Shown piece after piece: positions 28,430-36,418 of a stretch of 46,449 nt of DNA. The notes under the pieces are model-generated. The model was not told the origin of the DNA and did not search any database. It saw nothing but the letters and a program-made list of their open reading frames with translations. Within the stretch, counting starts at the first letter, position 1. The number at the start of each line of letters is the position of its first letter. The DNA comes from Actinomycetota bacterium (GTDB lineage Bacteria > Actinomycetota > CADDZG01 > JAHWKV01 > JAOPZY01), in the NCBI GenBank assembly GCA_025963875.1, contig JAOPZY010000109.1, positions 1-46,449 on the forward strand, in the 5' to 3' direction. The translations under genes were made by a program, and so were the position numbers.

Positions 28430-29298
28430 CCCTGCTGGCGGTGGCGGTCGCAGTTGCGGGCCGGCGCCTCCGGGTGGCCGACGATGACGAGGCGCCCGTC
28501 CGAGGTGGTGAGCACCTCGATCGGCGTTCCGTACAGGCGGGAGAGGATGTCGCTGCGGATCACGTCGTGCGGCGTGCCGGCGACGGCGCCGCCCCCGGCC
28601 ACGTACACCACCCGGTCGAGGGAGGAGAGGATCGGGTTCACGTCGTGGGCGACGAGCATGACCGTGACCCCCTGGTCCCGGCAGATGCTCGAGATCAGCG
28701 CCGCCACCGCCGCCTGGTTCGGCAGGTCCAGGCTGTCGAGTGGCTCGTCGAGCAGCATGAGCGCCGGCCGCCGGACCAGGGCCTGGGCGATGAGGAGCCG
28801 TTGCTGCTCGCCGCCCGACACCCTGCCCACCGGGCGCTGCGCGTAACCGGTGGCGCCCACGAGCCTGAGCACCTCGTCCACCCGCCGGTCATCCTCGCCC
28901 CGCCGCCTCCTGATCCGGCCGAGCCCCGGCAGGGGGACTCCCCACCGGTCGCCGTCGAGGCCCAGGCGCACGACATCGACGCCGCGCACCCGGAGCCCCG
29001 GGTCGAAGCTGCGCCGCTGCGGAAGGTACCCGATCCGGTCGCTCGCCTCGCCGGGGGGCCGGCCGAGCACCCTGGCCTCGCCGCCCGCCAGGGGCAGCAG
29101 GCCCAGCAGCACCTTGACGAGGGTGGACTTCCCGGCGCCGTTGGGGCCGATGACGGCGACGAACTCGCCGGGCTCGACCGTCAGGTTGACGCCGGACCAC
29201 ACCGTCCGGCCGCCGAGGGACGCCGTGGCGTCGACCAGCTCCGCGGTGGGCGCCGTCGTTGCCGCGGTTGGGTCCGCGGCCACCGAGCGCAGGTTCAT
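28426..29298 (-). CDS. Metal ABC transporter ATP-binding protein (ZnuC-like)
   Basis: GPNGAGKST, GYLPQ, VSGGEQQR, LLDEP, VAHD. Confidence 0.93.
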   Translation of the reverse strand: MNLRSVAADPTAATTAPTAELVDATASLGGRTVWSGVNLTVEPGEFVAVIGPNGAGKSTLVKVLLGLLPLAGGEARVLGRPPGEASDRIGYLPQRRSFDPGLRVRGVDVVRLGLDGDRWGVPLPGLGRIRRRRGEDDRRVDEVLRLVGATGYAQRPVGRVSGGEQQRLLIAQALVRRPALMLLDEPLDSLDLPNQAAVAALISSICRDQGVTVMLVAHDVNPILSSLDRVVYVAGGGAVAGTPHDVIRSDILSRLYGTPIEVLTTSDGRLVIVGHPEAPARNCDRHRQQG

Positions 29299-30227
29299 GT
29301 GCGGGCCGCGCCGGCGAGGGCGGCCTCGAGCGAGCGCAGCTGCGCCGACTGCCAGTCCTGGAACGTCGACGTGGGCGGCTCGAGGGTCTCGGTGATGGTC
29401 GTCGTGGGGATCCCCGCGTCCTTGGCCTCCTTCACCTGGGCGGCGACGTCGGGCGTCGAGTTCTGGCTGTTGAAGACGTACACCTTGATCTGGTGGCCCT
29501 TGATCTGGGCGTCGATGGCCGCCCTGTCGGCTGCGGTGGGGTCGGACCCCTCGCTGATGGCGGTCAAGAAGCTCGGGGGCGTGAGCAGGTGCAGCCCGAG
29601 AGCGTCCGAGAGCGGGGCGAAAATGCTCTCCGAGGCCCCCACTGGCGTCCCGGCGTACCTGGCCTTGATGTCGGCGATCAGCGACGTGTACTGGGCGAGC
29701 CCGGCGGTGGTGTACGTCGTGTGCAGGGCCGCGAACGAGGCGGCGTCGGCGGGATCGAGCGCCTCGTAGTCGGCGGTGATCTGGTCGATCACCTTCGCCA
29801 CGTCACCGGGCGAGTACCAGCGGTGGGGGTTGCCCCCCTCCTTCACGCCGACCAGGTCGCCCACGGTGAGGACCTTCCGCCCGGGGTCGGGCTGGGCTGC
29901 GAGCAGCTTCGGTGCCCAGGGGTCGTAGCCGATCCCGTTGACGATGACGTACTTGGCCGAGGCAACCGTCCGGGCGTCGCCGGTGGTGGGCTCGTACGTG
30001 TGCGGGTCGGTGTCGGGCTTGGAGATGATGCTCGTCACCGCCACGTGCGACCCACCGAGCTGCGCGGCGATGCTGCCCCAGAAGTTCTCCGCGGCCACGA
30101 CCGTCAGCTTCACCGGGGAAGAGGTCGCCGAGCCAAGGCGTTCGGTGCCCTTGGCGCAGCCCGCCAGCAGCAGCGTCAGCCCCACGCCGAGAGCGGCCCA
30201 GCGCCGTGGTGGTCGAATGATTCTCAT
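29295..30227 (-). CDS. Metal ABC transporter substrate-binding lipoprotein (ZnuA/TroA-like)
   Basis: Lipobox LAGC; DPHTYEP and NPHRWY metal ligands. ATG 30227 lies 7 nt after TATAAT. Confidence 0.92.
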   Translation of the reverse strand: MRIIRPPRRWAALGVGLTLLLAGCAKGTERLGSATSSPVKLTVVAAENFWGSIAAQLGGSHVAVTSIISKPDTDPHTYEPTTGDARTVASAKYVIVNGIGYDPWAPKLLAAQPDPGRKVLTVGDLVGVKEGGNPHRWYSPGDVAKVIDQITADYEALDPADAASFAALHTTYTTAGLAQYTSLIADIKARYAGTPVGASESIFAPLSDALGLHLLTPPSFLTAISEGSDPTAADRAAIDAQIKGHQIKVYVFNSQNSTPDVAAQVKEAKDAGIPTTTITETLEPPTSTFQDWQSAQLRSLEAALAGAART

Positions 30228-30285
30228 GTCGAGAATTATAATAAGAACGATTCTCAAAGCAAGTGAGGGGCTTATGCTTAGGTCG
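30212..30285. promoter_or_regulatory. Divergent leaderless promoters with Zur/Fur-like boxes
   Basis: 7-1-7 box TAAGAAC-G-ATTCTCA (30242-30256); second partial box 30212-30226; -10 TATAAT (minus, 30235-30240) and TATGCT (plus, 30273-30278), each 7 nt from its ATG. Confidence 0.7.
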
Positions 30286-30720
30286 ATGGAACAGGATCTT
30301 CACGCCACGGTCGCCGGTCATCTCCGACGATACGACCAGCGCTACACCAACGGCCGCCGGGCTCTCGTCGAGATCCTGGCTGCGGCGGGCCGGCCCGTGA
30401 CCATCGCCGAGGTGCTCGCCGGCGGCGCAGTCCCGGCCCAGAGCACCGCCTACCGGAACCTGTCGGTGCTCGTCCAGGCGGGCGTCGTCCGGAAGGTCTT
30501 CGGCGGCGACGACCTCACCCGCTTCGAGCTGGCCGAGGAGCTGACGGAGCACCACCACCACATGGTCTGCGTCAACTGCGGCTCCATCGAGGACTTCACG
30601 GTCCCCAACCGGCTCGAGCAGAGCCTCGACAAGCTTTTCGGGCAGGTCTCCGAGACCACCGGCTTCCGGCCCCAGGGCCACCGGCTCGACGTCATCGGCA
30701 CCTGCGGCAACTGCGGCTAG
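30286..30720 (+). CDS. zur: Fur-family regulator, probably Zur
   Basis: RYT..RR, STAYRNL, EHHHHMVCVNCG, C-terminal CGNC; divergent from the Zn ABC operon. Confidence 0.82.
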   Translation: MEQDLHATVAGHLRRYDQRYTNGRRALVEILAAAGRPVTIAEVLAGGAVPAQSTAYRNLSVLVQAGVVRKVFGGDDLTRFELAEELTEHHHHMVCVNCGSIEDFTVPNRLEQSLDKLFGQVSETTGFRPQGHRLDVIGTCGNCG

Positions 30721-30733
30721 TCTGCGCTGCGCG

Positions 30734-31539
30734 ATGAACGACCTGCCCTTCTCGGTGACCCGGGACATCGACATGTGCGCCAGGGTGGAGACGGTCTGGG
30801 ACTACCTCTCCACCGACGAGGGATGGGCCGCGTGGGGGGGCCGGGATCGTCGATCAAGGCCGTCCCCGGGGGGTCGATGCAGATCGTCTACCCCAACGGC
30901 CAGACTGCCGAGGGCACGGTGCAGGAGGTGGAACCTCCCAGGAGCATCGTCTTCACGTGGGGCTTCGACCGGCCCGACGCCATGATTCCCCTGGAGGGCT
31001 CGCTGGTCGAGATCACCCTCGATGCCATCGGCGGCGGGACGCGCCTCCGGCTCGTCCACCGGGTCGCCGACGAGGCGGCGGCCCGGGCCCACCGGACCGG
31101 TTGGCGCTACCAGCTCGGCCTCTTGCGCTCGCTGCTCAGCCGGGACGTGCTGGGCCGCGGCCTGGCGGACCGCATCGACCGCTGGCACAGCGTCTGGGGT
31201 GCCACCGACGCCGCCGAGCGGCGCCGCACCCTCGAAGAGATCGCGACGGCGGATCTGGTCGTGGACGAGTCGATGGCGGCGCTCAGCGGCATCGACGACC
31301 TCGACGAGTGGATCGCCCAGTCCCAGGCCCAGTTCACGGCGACGGTCCGGCGGACCGGCCCTCCCGCCGTCAGCGCCGACCGGGCCACCTGGGACTGGGA
31401 GGTGATGGCCGGCGACGCCACCATTGCGACGGGCCGCAGCACCGCCGATCTGGTTTCCGACGGACGCTTCCGCCGCATCACGTCGTTCTGGCTGAGCGCT
31501 CCGCCGGGATTCCCCACCAGCGTCGTGACGGGTTTATAG
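30734..31539 (+). pseudogene. SRPBCC/AHSA1 domain plus SnoaL-like domain gene split by a frameshift
   Basis: N-terminus (SVTRDI..RVETVWDYLST.EGWAAW) is in one frame and the rest (GPGSSI..PGG..GTVQEVEPPRSIVFTWG) in another; the switch is at the G7 run 30834-30840. Confidence 0.75.
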
Positions 31540-31557
31540 GGGCTCGCTGTCGGGTAG
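31531..31557 (+). promoter_or_regulatory. SigF/SigB-type promoter
   Basis: GGTTT-N16-GGGTAG, 9 nt before ATG 31567. Confidence 0.5.
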
Positions 31558-31566
31558 CGCCTCTAC

Positions 31567-31950
31567 ATGCTCGGAGCACAGCCGCAGTCTTCCGTGGTTT
31601 TGAGGCTGGTTCCGCCGCCGGTTCCCGGCGTGTCGGAACGGCAACCGGCCCCCGCGCCGGAGATCCTGAGCGACATGGAGTACAAGCTCCGGGAGTGGCT
31701 TCACAGCGAGCACCTGGATGGCTGCGACAGCCTACGGGGGGCGTGCCTGGAGGTCCTCAACCGGGTCAACGACTTCCTGTCGCCGTATGTCACGGAAGCG
31801 TCCGAAGGCGTGCGCGAGTTCCTCCGGATGGTGAGGGAGGCAGCGCCGGCGGACGATGCCGCCGGTGGCGAGGAGCTCAGCTGGGGCGCCCAGGAGTTCC
31901 TCCGGCTTGCCGAGATCGCCCAGAAGGTCACGCCCCTCCGCCGGCCGTAG
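31567..31950 (+). CDS. Hypothetical helical protein (127 aa)
   Basis: Plausible codon usage and globular composition; promoter-like element directly upstream. Confidence 0.6.
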   Translation: MLGAQPQSSVVLRLVPPPVPGVSERQPAPAPEILSDMEYKLREWLHSEHLDGCDSLRGACLEVLNRVNDFLSPYVTEASEGVREFLRMVREAAPADDAAGGEELSWGAQEFLRLAEIAQKVTPLRRP

Positions 31951-32159
31951 ACCTCCGGCGCCCCGTCCTCCCAGGGCGCTGAACAAGAGCCTCTGGGTCG
32001 CCTGATCCTTCTCCTTAGCCCACGAGGACGCGTGGAATTCATGTTCTGTTGACCTGGCTGTAACGGGTGAGCGGTGGAATGGGTATGGCCATACACGCCA
32101 GCGGGCATGCGGACCCACTGCCCGGAGTGCCGGAAGCATCCCCCCGAAGGAGGCCGAAC

Positions 32160-32342
32160 ATGCCAGTTGTGGAGGATTTTGCGTTCGACGGCGACGAAGG
32201 CGGCGATCCCGCTTGCAAGTGCGGGTGCGCCATCGGGGACCACCTGGGGGCCGACGGCGGGGCATGCGTCTGTGGCTGCCCCGAGTACCGGGCAGGGCTT
32301 GCCGGCCTCGAGCCTGCGGCAGGCGACCAAGCCGTGGCCTGA
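32160..32342 (+). CDS. Small Cys-rich putative metal-binding protein (60 aa)
   Basis: RBS GAAGGAGG; CKCGC-x4-H-x7-CVCGC-x2-Y; followed by a terminator. Confidence 0.65.
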   Translation: MPVVEDFAFDGDEGGDPACKCGCAIGDHLGADGGACVCGCPEYRAGLAGLEPAAGDQAVA

Positions 32343-32369
32343 CCGTCTGACTGTCTGTTTCCAGGAGCG

Positions 32370-32397
32370 AAGGGGGCCGGCATCGCCGGCCCCCTTT
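32370..32397. terminator. Bidirectional intrinsic terminator
   Basis: AAGGGGGCCGGC-ATC-GCCGGCCCCCTT between convergent genes. Confidence 0.75.
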
Positions 32398-32417
32398 CGT
32401 TCGGATGGAGCGAGGTG

Positions 32418-33017
32418 TTATCCCGCGCCCTGAATGGTGATGACGGTCGCATCCCGTGCGGACTCGCAACTCGGCAGGCCTGGGGGGCCGGGGATCGGGC
32501 TGGGGATCGGGCTCGGCAATGGACCAGGTGTCGGCGATGCGAACGGAGCGAAGGGTGTCGGGAAGATCCCCGGGAGGGTGCAGACCGACAGCTGCGCCGA
32601 CGCAAACGCCGTGCCGTCGGTGAGGGGGTGCGCCGGCGAGCCGCCGAACGGTCCGGCGTTGCTGCCGGGGACCGCGTAGACCGTCACGCTGTGGGGCGAG
32701 CCGTCGCACGTGAAGTCCGACTCGTTTCCGAAGGCTTCCTGGACGACGTCGCCGGCGACGACCTCGCTGAGCTGCACGCTGACGTTCTGCGAAAGGGACT
32801 GCCCCGGAGGGAGGGTGGGCGTGCTGCAGGTGATGTGGACGGGAACGCCGACCGCCGCCCCCCGAGCGAGCAGGTCGGCTTGCTTGCCGAGCTTGACGGT
32901 CGCAGTGCCGCCGGCGGCGCCTGCAGCGGACGGAAGGGAAGCGACGACGGCGACCGTCCCGAGCGAGATGGTGCAGAGCGATGCAACGAGAAGCACGCCC
33001 TTCTTGAGGGTGGACAT
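32418..33017 (-). CDS. Secreted hypothetical protein with Pro-rich insert
   Basis: Signal peptide (KK, hydrophobic core, AGA); beta-rich body with four Cys in the mature part; PSPIPSPIPG repeat; RBS GGAGG. Confidence 0.7.
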   Translation of the reverse strand: MSTLKKGVLLVASLCTISLGTVAVVASLPSAAGAAGGTATVKLGKQADLLARGAAVGVPVHITCSTPTLPPGQSLSQNVSVQLSEVVAGDVVQEAFGNESDFTCDGSPHSVTVYAVPGSNAGPFGGSPAHPLTDGTAFASAQLSVCTLPGIFPTPFAPFASPTPGPLPSPIPSPIPGPPGLPSCESARDATVITIQGAG

Positions 33018-33212
33018 CGACAAGACCTCCGCGTTGAGGTGGACAAACGGTTCTGGTATCGCTTTCTATATCTGTCCGACTTGTCGGGACAATCGTGCTA
33101 GCACCACTATTGAGACGCCGCCGGGCACCGAAAAGTTCACCGGATTTCCGGATTGGATCCTCCTCCCGCGTTCGCGTGCAGAATGCGTTCGATAGGACCG
33201 AGGAGGATTGCC

Positions 33213-33548
33213 ATGGACAACGAACGTGCCCGGGAGCTGCTCAAGGCGGAACGCGCCCGAGTTGAGGACCTGCTTGCTCGCTCCGATCCAGCGGTGAGGG
33301 CCGACCGGGAGGCGGCGAACGAGCCCGGGGATTGGGCAGATCCCGCCGTCGCACTCACGGCCGAGGGCGTGGACCAGGCGGTGGTGGACAGCCTCAGGGA
33401 ACGGCTGGCCGCCATCGAACGGGCCGAGGGCCGCCTCGAGGAGGGGACCTACGGCAAGTCCGTCCGCAGCGGCGTGCCCATCCCCGACGAACGCCTGGAG
33501 GCCGACCCCGCCGCCGAGCTCACCGTCGAGGAGGCCCAGCAGGGCTGA
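33213..33548 (+). CDS. DksA/TraR-family protein lacking all zinc-finger cysteines
   Basis: Coiled coil with DWADPA tip; GTYGKSVRSGVPIPDERLEADPAAELTVEE aligns with GxYGxCxxCGxxIxxxRLxAxPxaxxCxxC; RBS GAGGAGG. Confidence 0.82.
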   Translation: MDNERARELLKAERARVEDLLARSDPAVRADREAANEPGDWADPAVALTAEGVDQAVVDSLRERLAAIERAEGRLEEGTYGKSVRSGVPIPDERLEADPAAELTVEEAQQG

Positions 33549-33570
33549 GTCGGCGAGGCGCACCCCGGCA

Positions 33571-33615
33571 ACTTTGTGCCAAAAGGCCCGGAAATGCGTC
33601 TTTTTGGCACAAAGT
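33571..33615. repeat. AT-rich inverted repeat (REP-like)
   Basis: ACTTTGTGCCAAAA ... TTTTGGCACAAAGT, 14 perfect pairs. Confidence 0.7.
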
Positions 33616-33732
33616 CCATATGCCCGTGCGGGCCACCCCAAGTTGCTGTCCGATTCGTGCACCAGCAGGGGCTCGTCCCGGCCAGAGCTATCCTCGAAGG
33701 GCAGTACTTATAGTCCTAAGAGGAGGATCTGG

Positions 33733-34938
33733 ATGTCGACACCCGTCATGCCCTACGAGCACCTCGGTGAGGCGCTCGCCACCGACTACTTCATGATTCG
33801 GGAGCAGTTCACCGACGAGCAGTGGGACATGTTCATCCGGACCCGCCGCTTCGTGGACCGGGAGGTGCTGCCGGTCATCAACGACTACTGGGAGAAGGCC
33901 GAGTTCCCGTGGCCGCTCGCTCGCCGGCTTGCCGAGCTCGGCATCGTCGGCGACGACATCCAGGGGTACGGCTGTCCGGGGATGAGCCCCATGGCGGTCG
34001 GCCTGGTCCACATGGAGCTGCACCGCGGCGACGGGAGCCTGGCGACCTTCCTCGGCGTCCAGTCCGGGCTCGCCATGAAGACGATCCACCTGCTGGGCTC
34101 CGAGGAGCAGCGGCAGCGATGGCTGCCACCCATGGCCCGCCTGGAGAAGATCGGTGCCTTCGCCCTCACGGAGCCGAACCACGGGTCGGACTCGATCGCC
34201 CTGGAGACGAGCGCCCGGCCCGACGGCGAAGGCGGCTGGATCCTCAACGGAACGAAGCGCTGGATCGGCAACGGGACGATCGCCGACGTCGTGATCGTCT
34301 GGGCCCGCTCGGTTGAGGACGGCAAGGTCAAGGGGTTCCTCGTCGAGACGCCCACCGAGGGCTACCACGCCGAGGTCATCACGGGGAAGGGTGTCGCCAG
34401 GGCGGTGTGGCAGGCCGACATCACGCTCGACGAGGTCCGGGTCCCGGAGTCCAACCGCCTCCCCGGCGCCAACACGTTCAAAGACACCGGCCGGGTGCTG
34501 GTGACCACGCGCGCCGGCGTGGCCTGGGCGGCCCTGGGTCACGCCGTGGCCGCCTACGACACCGCTCTCACCTACGCCAAGCAGCGGACCCAGTTCATGC
34601 GGCCCCTGGTGGCGTTCCAGATCGTGCAGGACCGGCTGGTCCGGATGCTGGCGGAGGTGACCGCTATGCAGCTCTACTGCATGCAGATCGCCCGTCTGGC
34701 CGAGGCCGGGAGGGTGACCGACGGCATCGCAGGGCTCGCCAAGCTGAACAACACCCGCAAGGCGCGGCAGGTGATCGCCGAGGCCCGCGACCTGCTGGGT
34801 GGCAACGGGATCCTGCTCGAGAACCACGTGATCCGGCACATGTCCGACATCGAGATGCTGCACACCTACGAGGGCACGGAGACGATCCAGACCCTCATCG
34901 TGGGCCGGGACATCACCGGGGTCGGCGCGTTCGCGTGA
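33733..34938 (+). CDS. Acyl-CoA dehydrogenase (glutaryl-CoA dehydrogenase-like)
   Basis: FALTEPNHGSD, LNGTKRWIGNG, RTQF, LLGGNG, TYEGT; RBS GAGGAGG. Confidence 0.93.
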   Translation: MSTPVMPYEHLGEALATDYFMIREQFTDEQWDMFIRTRRFVDREVLPVINDYWEKAEFPWPLARRLAELGIVGDDIQGYGCPGMSPMAVGLVHMELHRGDGSLATFLGVQSGLAMKTIHLLGSEEQRQRWLPPMARLEKIGAFALTEPNHGSDSIALETSARPDGEGGWILNGTKRWIGNGTIADVVIVWARSVEDGKVKGFLVETPTEGYHAEVITGKGVARAVWQADITLDEVRVPESNRLPGANTFKDTGRVLVTTRAGVAWAALGHAVAAYDTALTYAKQRTQFMRPLVAFQIVQDRLVRMLAEVTAMQLYCMQIARLAEAGRVTDGIAGLAKLNNTRKARQVIAEARDLLGGNGILLENHVIRHMSDIEMLHTYEGTETIQTLIVGRDITGVGAFA

Positions 34939-34981
34939 CATGCCCGAGGCCGCCCTCAAGCGGCCGGATGGAGATGAGCCC

Positions 34982-35647
34982 ATGGCAGATCCGATCAGCT
35001 GGCAGCCCTCGTTGCTCGACTGGACGGCGGAGGTCGACGTCAACCCGGAGTTCTCCGGGATCGACCGCATCCACCTCGACGAGCGCTCCTGGCTCGACTA
35101 CCTCCCACGCTGGGTGTCGGGAGCGGACCGGCTGTTCGACGATCTCGTCGTGGGGGCCGACTGGCAGCAGCGCAGCCGGCACATGTACGACAAGGTCGTC
35201 CAGGAGCCCCGCCTGACGGCCTACTGGCACGCCGACGGAGGCTCGCCGCTCGAGCCGCCGAGCCTGGAGCGCATGCGCAGCCTGCTGTCCGGCCGCTACG
35301 GGACCGAGTTCGACTCCGCCGGGATGAACCTGTACCGCGATGGGCGGGACAGCGTGGCCTGGCACCGCGACCGTATCAGCAAGGAGATCGCCGACCCCAT
35401 CGTGGTCCTTGTTTCCCTGGGGGAGCCTCGGAGGTTTCTCGTTCGCCCCCATGGGGGCGGGCGGTCGAGGGCCTTTCGCCTCGGTGGGGGAGACCTTCTC
35501 GTCACCGGTGGCCGGTTCCAGCGGGACTGGGAGCACTCGGTGCCCAAGGTGGCGAAGGCCGGCCCCCGCATCAGCATCGCCTTCCGGCACGGCATGGTGC
35601 GTTCGAGCTACGGGAAGCCGGACCAGGCTGGACCTGTGGAGAAGTAA
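34982..35647 (+). CDS. AlkB-like 2OG-Fe(II) dioxygenase
   Basis: NLYRDGRDSVAWHRD, SLG..R.F, WEHSVPK, RISIAFR. Start may be 34940. Confidence 0.9.
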   Translation: MADPISWQPSLLDWTAEVDVNPEFSGIDRIHLDERSWLDYLPRWVSGADRLFDDLVVGADWQQRSRHMYDKVVQEPRLTAYWHADGGSPLEPPSLERMRSLLSGRYGTEFDSAGMNLYRDGRDSVAWHRDRISKEIADPIVVLVSLGEPRRFLVRPHGGGRSRAFRLGGGDLLVTGGRFQRDWEHSVPKVAKAGPRISIAFRHGMVRSSYGKPDQAGPVEK

Positions 35648-35656
35648 CCTCGCAGG

Positions 35657-36391
35657 CTACGAGGGTTCGTGGAGGCGGGGAGCCGGCGTCCGCTCGAGCA
35701 TCCGGGCGACCAGGTCGGCGTAGGCCTGGCCCCCGACGCCGCCGATGGGCATGTGGACGCCGTCGGTGTAGAACCAGCGGGGATTGGCAGCGGCAAGACC
35801 CTCCCATTCGGCCACGGTGCAGTCCCGGAGCTGCCGGCAACCGGCGCGGATGAGGTCGTTGTTCGCAGCGACCCACGAGCAGTAGGGGCAGTAGTTGGTC
35901 AGCATGACGAGCCGCCGCCCGCCGGCCAGGGCGACGATCCGTTCGAGTTGGCTGCTGGAGAACGGGCCATTGGTTCCCAGGGCGATGACCACGACATCGC
36001 CGAGGCGACTCGAGTACGCCAGGGCCTGCATGGCCGCGATGCCGACCGCGACCTGTCGACCGGCGACGGCGTCGACGGACAGGCCCGGGAAGCGGGCCCG
36101 CAGGTTGGGGGTGGCATCCACCATCACAGAGTCCCCGATAGCGGTCAGCCCCCGGTAGGCGAAGGGATCGGCCGGGGGCGTCGTTGCCGGGCTGGGACTC
36201 TCGGGTGGATCGGTCAGCGGGGTCGCCGTGGGGGGCGGCGGCACGAGCACGAAGGATGCCTGTGCCCGCGTGTGCCGCACGGAGGCGACGGGGGCTGCCT
36301 GCGTGCGCTCCGTGCAGAGGGTGACCAAAAGGCACAGCACGACGAAGACCACCGGGGGGAATCGTGTTGCGGTGTGGCGTCCTCGTGGCAT
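35657..36391 (-). CDS. Exported stand-alone SGNH-like domain protein (OatA C-terminal-like)
   Basis: N-terminal hydrophobic segment; IGDSV, ALGTNG, DGVH. Confidence 0.8.
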   Translation of the reverse strand: MPRGRHTATRFPPVVFVVLCLLVTLCTERTQAAPVASVRHTRAQASFVLVPPPPTATPLTDPPESPSPATTPPADPFAYRGLTAIGDSVMVDATPNLRARFPGLSVDAVAGRQVAVGIAAMQALAYSSRLGDVVVIALGTNGPFSSSQLERIVALAGGRRLVMLTNYCPYCSWVAANNDLIRAGCRQLRDCTVAEWEGLAAANPRWFYTDGVHMPIGGVGGQAYADLVARMLERTPAPRLHEPS

Positions 36392-36418
36392 CGCTTGCGG
36401 TCCTTCCGGGCCGTGGGG

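Noticed and set aside
24045..32396. Two hairpins sharing the core GCCGGCATCGCCGGC as ends of a mobile element
   Set aside because: Both sit just after stop codons with T-tracts, so ordinary terminators explain them; no target duplication or mobility gene.
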